Source: a virus (lineage: Duplodnaviria > Heunggongvirae > Uroviricota > Caudoviricetes). Taken from it: 6,193 bases of DNA. The notes beneath the pieces were generated by a model. That model searched no databases. It was given only the letters and a program-made list of their open reading frames with translations, and was not told the DNA's origin. The DNA lies in the IMG/VR virus record IMGVR_UViG_2778261502_000008, one strand, 5' to 3'. Position 1 is the first letter of the stretch. The number at the start of each line of letters is the position of its first letter. The translations under genes were made by a program, and so were the position numbers. This document shows, one piece after another, positions 1-5,974 of this stretch.

Positions 1-1572
1 GCTGACGTCATATTCCAGACAGCCACGGCGGATAACGTCTTTTGCCTTGAGCACCATTGCGGTTTTCATTTCCGGCGTGTAGCGGATATCGCGAGCGGCG
101 GGATAGAACGAGCGCACGAGCTGGAACACACCGACACCGAGGCCGGTGGCATCAATCCCGATGTATTCGACGTTGTATTTTTCGGTGAGTTTGCGGATGG
201 ATTCTGCCTGGGTGGCAAAGTCCATGCCTTTCCACTGGTGACGCTCAAGGATCCTGAATTTGCCACCGGCCACCACCGGCGGTGCCAGCACCACGCATCC
301 GGCGCTGTCGCCACGGTGTGACGGGTCGTAACCAATCCATACCGGGCGGGAGCCGAACGGATTTGCGGCAAACGGCGCATAGTCTTCCCATTCTTCCAGC
401 GTGTCGACCATACAGCGTTGCAGCTCCTCGAACGGGAACACCGACGCCTTGTCGTCAACAAATTCACACATGAACAGGTTTTTAAAATCATCGGCGCTGT
501 TTTCGCGTTTGAGCTGCTCAATGTCGAACAGCGTGCAGCCGCCTTTCAGGGCGTCCTCAATGGTGACAATCTGCCGCCACTGGCCGTCCGCACAGAGAAG
601 CCCCCCGGCAAGGGCGTTATGACTGACGTCGATTTCCACGCGTTCGGCGGCGCTGGCGCGTCCCCGGTTGAACAGTTCACCCGACCAGAACGGGTAGGCG
701 TCGTGCGCCAGCGTGGACGGGGTGGAGAAATAGGTCGAGCGCAGGTGGCTCTGTGAGGCCATACCTGATGCCACCTTACGCAGCACCTGAAAATTCGGGA
801 TCCAGAAAATCTCATCGACGTACAGGTCGCCGTTATGGCTCTGTGCGGTGTTGGAGTTGGTGCCGAGAAAAATCAGTTTTGCACCGTTATTGCCCAGGAC
901 AATCGGGTCACCGGTCAGGTCAACGTCAACCAGCCGGGCAAAGGCGATGATGTATTCACGGAACACATACGCCTGCGTTTTACTGGCCGACAGAAAAATC
1001 TGGTTATGACCGGTTTTCAGGGCGCGCAGCAGCGCCTCGCGGGAAAAATAAAACGTCGCGCCAATCTGGCGGGATTTCAGAATATCGCGGATGCGGTGCT
1101 CAAGCCCGGCGCGATACCAGTGCAACTGATATTCGAAAGACTGCTCAAAGAAAATCTGCTCCAGCTTTTCGATGGCCTCGTCACTGAAAAAATTCTTTTT
1201 CGGTTTGCGACGCCCGCCTTTGTTGCGGTTAGCGACGTTCGGATTAAGGTCTGCCTCGTTGCCGGTCTGACTGTAACGGTTTACCCGTGCCAGTCGTTCA
1301 ATCTGGCGTCCCAGCAGGTCAATTTCCTTGAAGTCACCGCCGGTTTTCTGCGGTTTGATGATGAGCTGAGTCAGCCGCGCTTCCAGACTCATTTCGACAC
1401 GGCTGATGGGGGCAACGCTGTCCCAGCCGTCGCGCTGTTTCCAGCTCTGCACCGTCGGGCGTTTCATCTGCAACATGGCGGCAATCTGCGGTACGGAAAA
1501 CCCCTGCCAGTACAGCAGCGCCGCCTGACGACGCGGGTCGTGTAAAAGAGTGGTGTCTGTGGTGATGGTCAT
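1..1572 (-). CDS. P: Phage terminase large (ATPase) subunit, P2 gpP-like; N-terminus at 1572, 3' end runs off the window start (partial, 524 codons visible)
   Basis: Hand translation of the minus strand from ATG (reverse complement of 1570-1572) gives an uninterrupted frame to position 1: MTITTDTTLLHDPRRQAALLYWQGFSVPQIAAMLQMKRPTVQSWKQRDGWDSVAPISRVEMSLEARLTQLIIKPQKTGGDFKEIDLLGRQIERLARVNRYSQTGNEADLNPNVANRNKGGRRKPKKNFFSDEAIEKLEQIFFEQSFEYQLHWYRAGLEHRIRDILKSRQIGATFYFSREALLRALKTGHNQIFLSASKTQAYVF... with a Walker-B-like hydrophobic-DE motif (LYVDEIFWI). Shine-Dalgarno GGCGAGG lies 5 nt upstream of the ATG on the minus strand. It is absent from the ORF track, presumably because no stop codon falls inside the window. 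The plus-strand ORFs 418..756 and 835..1545 are shadow frames of this gene. Assignment to gpP is from memory of the P2 family. Confidence 0.88.
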   Translation of the reverse strand, partial: MTITTDTTLLHDPRRQAALLYWQGFSVPQIAAMLQMKRPTVQSWKQRDGWDSVAPISRVEMSLEARLTQLIIKPQKTGGDFKEIDLLGRQIERLARVNRYSQTGNEADLNPNVANRNKGGRRKPKKNFFSDEAIEKLEQIFFEQSFEYQLHWYRAGLEHRIRDILKSRQIGATFYFSREALLRALKTGHNQIFLSASKTQAYVFREYIIAFARLVDVDLTGDPIVLGNNGAKLIFLGTNSNTAQSHNGDLYVDEIFWIPNFQVLRKVASGMASQSHLRSTYFSTPSTLAHDAYPFWSGELFNRGRASAAERVEIDVSHNALAGGLLCADGQWRQIVTIEDALKGGCTLFDIEQLKRENSADDFKNLFMCEFVDDKASVFPFEELQRCMVDTLEEWEDYAPFAANPFGSRPVWIGYDPSHRGDSAGCVVLAPPVVAGGKFRILERHQWKGMDFATQAESIRKLTEKYNVEYIGIDATGLGVGVFQLVRSFYPAARDIRYTPEMKTAMVLKAKDVIRRGCLEYDVS

Positions 1573-1581
1573 GAATACCTC

Positions 1582-1600
1582 GCCGTGATGAATACACGGC
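1582..1600. repeat. Short inverted repeat GCCGTG-N7-CACGGC inside the 34-bp gap between the divergent P and FI starts
   Basis: Read directly: 1582-1587 gccgtg, 7-nt spacer atgaata, 1595-1600 cacggc, which is the exact reverse complement. It sits at or beside the inferred deletion junction. Function unknown. Confidence 0.35.
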
Positions 1601-1606
1601 AAACCG

Positions 1607-2656
1607 GTGCTGATTACCAATGTGCAGAGTGCAATTGCAAAGGCCGGTAAAAAAGGCACGCTGGCGGCATCGTTGCAGGCCATCGCCGACCAGTCAAAAC
1701 CGGTCACCGTTGTCGTGCGCGTGGAAGACGGCACTGGTGATGACGAGGAAACGAAACTCGCGCAGACCGTTTCCAATATCATCGGCACCACCGACGAAAA
1801 CGGTCAGTACACCGGACTAAAAGCCCTGCTGGCGGCGGAGTCGGTAACCGGTGTTAAACCGCGTATTCTCGGTGTGCCGGGACTGGACACCAAAGAGGTG
1901 GCTGTTGCACTGGCATCAGTCTGTCAGAAGCTGCGCGCTTTCGGGTATATCAGCGCATGGGGCTGTAAAACCATTTCCGAGGTGAAAGCCTACCGCCAGA
2001 ATTTCAGCCAGCGTGAGCTGATGGTCATCTGGCCGGATTTCCTCGCATGGGATACGGTCACCAGTACCACCTCCACCGCGTATGCCACCGCCCGTGCGCT
2101 GGGTCTGCGCGCTAAAATCGACCAGGAGCAGGGCTGGCATAAAACGCTGTCCAACGTCGGGGTGAACGGTGTTACCGGCATCAGCGCATCTGTATTCTGG
2201 GATTTGCAGGAGTCCGGCACCGATGCTGACCTGCTGAACGAGGCAGGCGTCACAACGCTGATTCGCCGCGACGGTTTCCGCTTCTGGGGTAACCGTACCT
2301 GCTCTGATGACCCGCTGTTCCTCTTTGAAAACTACACCCGCACCGCGCAGGTGCTGGCCGACACGATGGCTGAGGCGCACATGTGGGCGGTGGACAAGCC
2401 CATCACCGCAACGCTGATTCGCGACATCGTTGACGGCATCAATGCCAAATTCCGTGAGCTGAAAACAAATGGCTATATCGTGGATGCGACCTGCTGGTTC
2501 AGCGAAGAATCCAACGATGCGGAAACCCTCAAGGCCGGAAAACTGTATATCGACTACGACTATACCCCGGTGCCTCCTCTTGAAAACCTGACCCTGCGCC
2601 AGCGTATTACCGATAAATACCTGGCAAATCTGGTCACCTCGGTTAACAGCAATTAA
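1607..2656 (+). CDS. FI: Contractile tail sheath protein, P2 gpFI-like, apparently N-terminally truncated (GTG start, no convincing RBS)
   Basis: 349-aa ORF beginning at GTG 1607, sequence (V/M)[41 protein letters not shown]...[11 protein letters not shown], which I recognise as tail sheath. An in-frame TGA at 1589-1591 sits 18 nt upstream, so the frame cannot extend further. P2 FI is about 396 aa as I recall, and this ORF begins at an internal position of that protein (around residue 45-50). There is no Shine-Dalgarno before 1607. It may be annotated as a CDS or as a pseudogene. Confidence 0.8.
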   Translation: MLITNVQSAIAKAGKKGTLAASLQAIADQSKPVTVVVRVEDGTGDDEETKLAQTVSNIIGTTDENGQYTGLKALLAAESVTGVKPRILGVPGLDTKEVAVALASVCQKLRAFGYISAWGCKTISEVKAYRQNFSQRELMVIWPDFLAWDTVTSTTSTAYATARALGLRAKIDQEQGWHKTLSNVGVNGVTGISASVFWDLQESGTDADLLNEAGVTTLIRRDGFRFWGNRTCSDDPLFLFENYTRTAQVLADTMAEAHMWAVDKPITATLIRDIVDGINAKFRELKTNGYIVDATCWFSEESNDAETLKAGKLYIDYDYTPVPPLENLTLRQRITDKYLANLVTSVNSN

Positions 2657-2668
2657 GGAGCCTGACCG

Positions 2669-3187
2669 ATGGCAATGCCGCGCAAACTCAAGTTAATGAA
2701 CGTCTTTCTGAACGGCTACAGCTATCAGGGCGTTGCAAAGTCCGTCACGCTGCCAAAACTGACCCGTAAGCTCGAAAACTATCGCGGTGCGGGGATGAAC
2801 GGCAGCGCACCGGTAGACCTCGGCCTTGATGACGATGCGCTGTCAATGGAGTGGTCGCTCGGTGGCTTCCCGGATTCGGTTATCTGGGAGCTTTACGCCG
2901 CAACCGGTGTGGATGCCGTGCCGATTCGTTTTGCAGGCTCTTACCAGCGCGACGATACCGGCGAAACGGTGGCCGTCGAAGTGGTCATGCGTGGACGTCA
3001 GAAAGAAATCGACACCGGCGAGGGTAAACAGGGAGAAGACACCGAGTCGAAAATCTCCGTGGTCTGCACCTATTTCCGGCTGACGATGGACGGCAAGGAG
3101 CTGGTCGAAATCGACACCATCAACATGATTGAGAAGGTGAACGGCGTCGACCGGCTGGAGCAACACCGCCGAAATATCGGCCTGTGA
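2669..3187 (+). CDS. FII: Tail tube protein, P2 gpFII-like (172 aa), apparently intact
   Basis: ATG at 2669 preceded by AGGAG-type RBS (ggag at 2657-2660) immediately after the FI stop (taa 2654-2656). Protein MAMPRKLKLMNVFLNGYSYQGVAKSVTLPKLTRKLENYRGAGMNGSAPVDLGLDDDALSMEWSLGG... matches my recollection of P2-family major tail tube. The sheath-then-tube order is canonical. Confidence 0.9.
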   Translation: MAMPRKLKLMNVFLNGYSYQGVAKSVTLPKLTRKLENYRGAGMNGSAPVDLGLDDDALSMEWSLGGFPDSVIWELYAATGVDAVPIRFAGSYQRDDTGETVAVEVVMRGRQKEIDTGEGKQGEDTESKISVVCTYFRLTMDGKELVEIDTINMIEKVNGVDRLEQHRRNIGL

Positions 3188-3194
3188 TTTTCAT

Positions 3195-3215
3195 CCGGTC
3201 AGCCTGGCTGACCGG
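3195..3215 (+). other. GC-rich stem-loop (8-bp stem, 5-nt loop) just downstream of the FII stop; no U-tract
   Basis: Read directly: ccggtcag (3195-3202), cctgg (3203-3207), ctgaccgg (3208-3215). It begins 8 nt after the FII stop codon (tga 3185-3187). The following sequence is ttaaccctg, not a T-run, so this is not a canonical intrinsic terminator. It could be an mRNA stability or attenuation element between the abundant tube gene and the downstream genes. Confidence 0.45.
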
Positions 3216-3243
3216 TTAACCCTGATTCAGAAGTGAGAAAACC

Positions 3244-3300
3244 ATGAACAAAGAAAATGTGATTACCCTGGACAAACACAAAAATCACTGCGCGAGCTGA
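3244..3300 (+). pseudogene. E: Remnant of tail assembly chaperone gene E (gpE-like): about 10 native codons, then out-of-frame sequence and a stop after 18 codons
   Basis: ATG at 3244 with upstream purine-rich RBS (aagtgagaaaacc). Translation is MNKENVITLDKHKNHCAS*. MNKENVITLD matches the gpE N-terminus as I recall it; the rest does not look like a chaperone, and the programmed-frameshift E/E' region is absent. Consistent with a deletion breakpoint near 3270-3280. Confidence 0.5.
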
Positions 3301-3353
3301 ACGGTCACGCATCCCGTATTGAGGGATTTCGCAAGACCAGCGCACAGCTCGCC

Positions 3354-4730
3354 GTGACTGGTCATGCACTTGAAAAGGCACGGCAGGAGGCCGAAGCCCT
3401 TGCCACACAGTTTAAAAACACTGAACGTCCGACCCGTGCTCAGGCGAAAGTGCTGGAATCCGCAAAGCGTGCGGCGGAGGACTTACAGGCGAAATATAAC
3501 CGCCTGACAGATTCCGTTAAACGCCAGCAGCGGGAACTGGCCGCTGTGGGAATTAATACCCGCAATCTTGCACATGATGAGCAGGGACTGAAAAACCGTA
3601 TCAGTGAAACCACCGCACAGCTTAACCGTCAGCGTGATGCGCTGGCGCGTGTCAGTGCGCAACAGGCAAAACTTAACGCAGTAAAACAGCGTTATCAGGC
3701 CGGAAAGGAACTGGCCGGAAATATGGCCTCGGTGGGCGCTGCCGGTGTGGGGATTGCGGCGGCGGGAACGATGGCCGGAGTTAAGCTGCTGATGCCCGGT
3801 TATGAGTTTGCGCAGAAAAACTCAGAATTGCAGGCCGTGCTCGGAGTGGCAAAAGACTCCGCCGAAATGACCGCACTACGCAAACAGGCGCGCCAGCTCG
3901 GCGACAATACCGCCGCCTCGGCGGATGATGCGGCCGGTGCACAGATAATCATCGCGAAAGCGGGTGGGGATGTTGATGCCATTCAGGCGGCAACGCCGGT
4001 CACGCTGAATATGGCGCTGGCGAACCGCCGCACGATGGAAGAAAACGCCGCCCTGCTGATGGGGATGAAATCCGCCTTTCAGCTTTCAAACGATAAGGTC
4101 GCTCATATCGGGGATGTTCTCTCCATGACGATGAACAAAACCGCCGCCGATTTTGACGGCATGAGCGATGCGCTGACCTATGCCGCACCTGTGGCAAAAA
4201 ATGCCGGTGTCAGCATTGAAGAAACCGCCGCAATGGTCGGGGCGCTGCATGATGCAAAAATCACAGGCTCAATGGCGGGGACGGGAAGCCGTGCCGTGTT
4301 AAGCCGCCTGCAGGCACCGACGGGAAAAGCATGGGATGCACTCAAAGAGCTTGGCGTGAAAACCTCAGACAGCAAGGGAAACACCCGGCCAATATTTACC
4401 ATTCTGAAAGAAATGCAGGCCAGTTTTGAGAAAAACCGGCTCGGTACTGCCCAGCAGGCTGAATACATGAAAACTATTTTCGGGGAGGAGGCCAGCTCAG
4501 CCGCCGCCGTGCTGATGACTGCCGCCTCAACCGGAAAGCTGGACAAACTGACCGCTGCGTTTAAAGCCTCAGACGGGAAGACCGCCGAGCTGGTAAATAT
4601 CATGCAGGACACCCGCGTTGATGAATCACTGGCCGCGCTTTATGGCGATATCGGTAAACAGGCGGAGTCGCTCATCGGTAAGGCTGGCAGTATGGCGACC
4701 AGATTCACGGGTATGACGGGGGCGGGATAA
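3354..4730 (+). CDS. T: Tail tape measure protein (gpT-like), truncated: lacks a credible start, is about half the expected length, and its C-terminal ~39 aa appear to derive from tail protein gpU (in-frame T'-'U fusion)
   Basis: The track ORF begins at GTG 3354, but the same frame is open back to a TGA at 3234-3236 with no ATG, which suggests a missing N-terminus. The body carries a typical tape-measure core: a Gly/Ala-rich hydrophobic segment (GNMASVGAAGVGIAAAGTMAGVKLL) and a helical Ala/Gln/Lys-rich region. It is 458 aa against roughly 815 aa for P2 gpT (from memory). The ORF ends ...ELVNIMQD | TRVDESLAALYGDIGKQAESLIGKAGSMATRFTGMTGAG*, and its stop overlaps the D start (ataATG) in the way the U/D junction normally does. 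Confidence 0.72.
   Translation: MTGHALEKARQEAEALATQFKNTERPTRAQAKVLESAKRAAEDLQAKYNRLTDSVKRQQRELAAVGINTRNLAHDEQGLKNRISETTAQLNRQRDALARVSAQQAKLNAVKQRYQAGKELAGNMASVGAAGVGIAAAGTMAGVKLLMPGYEFAQKNSELQAVLGVAKDSAEMTALRKQARQLGDNTAASADDAAGAQIIIAKAGGDVDAIQAATPVTLNMALANRRTMEENAALLMGMKSAFQLSNDKVAHIGDVLSMTMNKTAADFDGMSDALTYAAPVAKNAGVSIEETAAMVGALHDAKITGSMAGTGSRAVLSRLQAPTGKAWDALKELGVKTSDSKGNTRPIFTILKEMQASFEKNRLGTAQQAEYMKTIFGEEASSAAAVLMTAASTGKLDKLTAAFKASDGKTAELVNIMQDTRVDESLAALYGDIGKQAESLIGKAGSMATRFTGMTGAG
4611..4730 (+). pseudogene. U: Probable 3'-terminal remnant of tail gene U (gpU-like), fused in frame to the truncated tape measure ORF
   Basis: The last 39 codons of the 3354..4730 ORF (TRVDESLAALYGDIGKQAESLIGKAGSMATRFTGMTGAG) resemble the C-terminus of P2-family gpU as I recall it. 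No separate ~160-aa U ORF exists between T and D. The 4-nt stop/start overlap with D (taATG at 4728-4732) is the expected U-D coupling. Confidence 0.45.
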
Positions 4731-5893
4731 TGCTGGATACGCTGACATTTGATGCAGGCAGTACGCTGACGCCGGATTACATGCTGATGCTCGACAGCAG
4801 GGATATTACCGGCAATATCAGCGACCGTCTGATGAGTATGACCCTGACGGATAACCGGGGCTTTGAGGCTGACCAGCTTGATATTGAACTGAACGATGCC
4901 GACGGGCAGGTCGGGCTGCCGGTTCGTGGCGCTGTCCTGACGGTGTATATCGGCTGGAAAGGTTTTGCCCTGGTATGCAAAGGGAAATTTACCGTTGATG
5001 AGGTTGAACACCGGGGCGCACCGGATGTGGCCACCATCCGCGCCCGGAGTGCAGATTTTCGCGGGACGCTCAATTCCCGCCGGGAAGGCTCCTGGCATGA
5101 CACCACGCTCGGTGCGATTGTTGAGGCGATAGCCACCCGTAACAGGCTGGAAGCCAGTGTCGCTCCGTCACTGGCCGGAATTAAAATCCCGCACATCGAC
5201 CAGTCGCAGGAGTCTGATGCAAAATTCCTGACCCGCCTTGCTGAACGCAACGGCGGTGAGGTGTCGGTAAAAATGGGAAAACTGTTGTTTCTCAAAGCGG
5301 GGCAGGGGGTGACGTCCAGCGGTAAAAAAATCCCGCAGATTACCATCACCCGCAGCGACGGCGACCGTCATCATTTTGCGATTGCTGACCGTGGAGCCTA
5401 TACCGGCGTAACGGCGAAGTGGCTTCACACCAAAGACCCGAAGCCGCAAAAGCAGAAGGTAAAACTGAAACGCAAAAAGAAAGAAAAACACCTGCGCGCA
5501 CTGGAGCACCCGAAAGCGAAACCGGTCACGCAGAAGAAAGCGCCAAAAGTACCGGAAGCGCGCGAAGGTGAATACATGGCCGGTGAGGCTGACAACGTTT
5601 TTGCCCTGACCACGGTATATGCCACGAAAGCACAGGCCATGCGTGCCGCTCAGGCGAAGTGGGATAAACTGCAACGGGGCGTTGCGGAGTTCTCCATCAG
5701 CCTGGCTACCGGTCGTGCAGATATTTACACGGAAACGCCGGTCAAAGTGTCAGGCTTTAAGCGTGTCATAGACGAGCAGGACTGGACAATCACTAAGGTG
5801 ACACATTTTCTGAATAATAGCGGCTTCACGACGTCCTTGGAGCTTGAGGTCAGGCTTTCTGATGTGGAGTACGAAACAGAAGGTAATGAGTGA
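4730..5893 (+). CDS. D: Phage late control gene D protein (gpD-like baseplate hub, gp27/VgrG-like family), 387 aa, apparently intact
   Basis: ATG at 4730 overlapping the upstream stop. 387 aa, the length I recall for P2 gpD. Family-typical motifs are present: MLDTLTFDAG..., GFEADQLDIELNDADGQ, FTVDEVEHRGAPD, SWHDTTLGAIVEAIA, ESDAKFLTRLAE. Position immediately upstream of ogr is canonical. Confidence 0.9.
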   Translation: MLDTLTFDAGSTLTPDYMLMLDSRDITGNISDRLMSMTLTDNRGFEADQLDIELNDADGQVGLPVRGAVLTVYIGWKGFALVCKGKFTVDEVEHRGAPDVATIRARSADFRGTLNSRREGSWHDTTLGAIVEAIATRNRLEASVAPSLAGIKIPHIDQSQESDAKFLTRLAERNGGEVSVKMGKLLFLKAGQGVTSSGKKIPQITITRSDGDRHHFAIADRGAYTGVTAKWLHTKDPKPQKQKVKLKRKKKEKHLRALEHPKAKPVTQKKAPKVPEAREGEYMAGEADNVFALTTVYATKAQAMRAAQAKWDKLQRGVAEFSISLATGRADIYTETPVKVSGFKRVIDEQDWTITKVTHFLNNSGFTTSLELEVRLSDVEYETEGNE

Positions 5894-5911
5894 TGCGTTT
5901 TATTTATCTGT

Positions 5912-5940
5912 TTGTTTTATAAGGACAAATTAACTAAAAT
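5912..5940 (+). promoter_or_regulatory. Candidate sigma70 promoter for ogr: TTGTTT (-35), 17-bp spacer, TAAAAT (-10)
   Basis: Read directly: ttgttt at 5912-5917, 17-nt spacer 5918-5934, taaaat at 5935-5940, in the AT-rich D-ogr intergenic region. Predicted start near 5947-5949. A purine-rich SD (ggaagagg, 5959-5966) precedes ATG 5975. Confidence 0.5.
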
Positions 5941-5974
5941 GACACCATTAACAAAACCGGAAGAGGTGCTCGCG

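Noticed and set aside
282-1545. Plus-strand ORFs 282..473, 401..622, 418..756, 753..950 and 835..1545 (up to 236 aa), and minus-strand ORFs 66..521 and 546..815
   Set aside because: They all lie inside the terminase gene, whose minus-strand frame (1572 downward) is uninterrupted and encodes recognisable terminase sequence. The alternative frames give Arg/Gly/Pro-rich low-complexity products typical of shadow ORFs in GC-rich coding DNA.
1334-1597. Minus-strand ORF 1334..1597 (87 aa, [16 protein letters not shown]...) spanning the P/FI junction
   Set aside because: It is in a different frame from the true P start (1572), has an odd composition (His/Arg-rich), and overlaps the well-supported terminase N-terminus. 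Most likely an artefact.
1620-3166. Alternative-frame and antisense ORFs inside FI and FII (1620..1820 +, 1916..2380 -, 1990..2253 -, 2826..3083 +, 2843..3166 -)
   Set aside because: They are embedded in the sheath and tube coding sequences, which have clear family identity. No RBS or start context was noticed, and the compositions look like shadow frames.
3199-3408. Minus-strand ORF 3199..3408 (69 aa) crossing the FII-E-T junction region
   Set aside because: It spans the proposed deletion scar, so it would be a junction-created ORF at best. There is no evident RBS and it is antisense to the tail operon. Probably spurious, though junction ORFs can occasionally be expressed.
3800-5674. Antisense ORFs inside T and D (3800..3982, 4000..4197, 4178..4612, 4640..5098, 4777..5349, 5168..5674, 5425..5640; up to 190 aa)
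   Set aside because: All are antisense to the tape-measure and hub genes, with Ser/Ala/Arg/Cys-rich low-complexity products. Judged to be shadow ORFs.
5894-5920. T-rich stretch after the D stop (tgcgttttatttatctgtttgtttt) as a possible intrinsic terminator
   Set aside because: No GC-rich hairpin precedes the T-rich run. It is better explained as AT-rich promoter DNA for ogr.
5912-5974. N-terminal extension of ogr starting at TTG 5912 (93-aa version in the ORF track)
   Set aside because: The extension overlaps the predicted -35/-10 promoter elements. The ATG at 5975 gives the 72-aa protein beginning MFHCPLCQ with the zinc-finger cysteines near the N-terminus, as I recall for Ogr, and has an SD at the right spacing.
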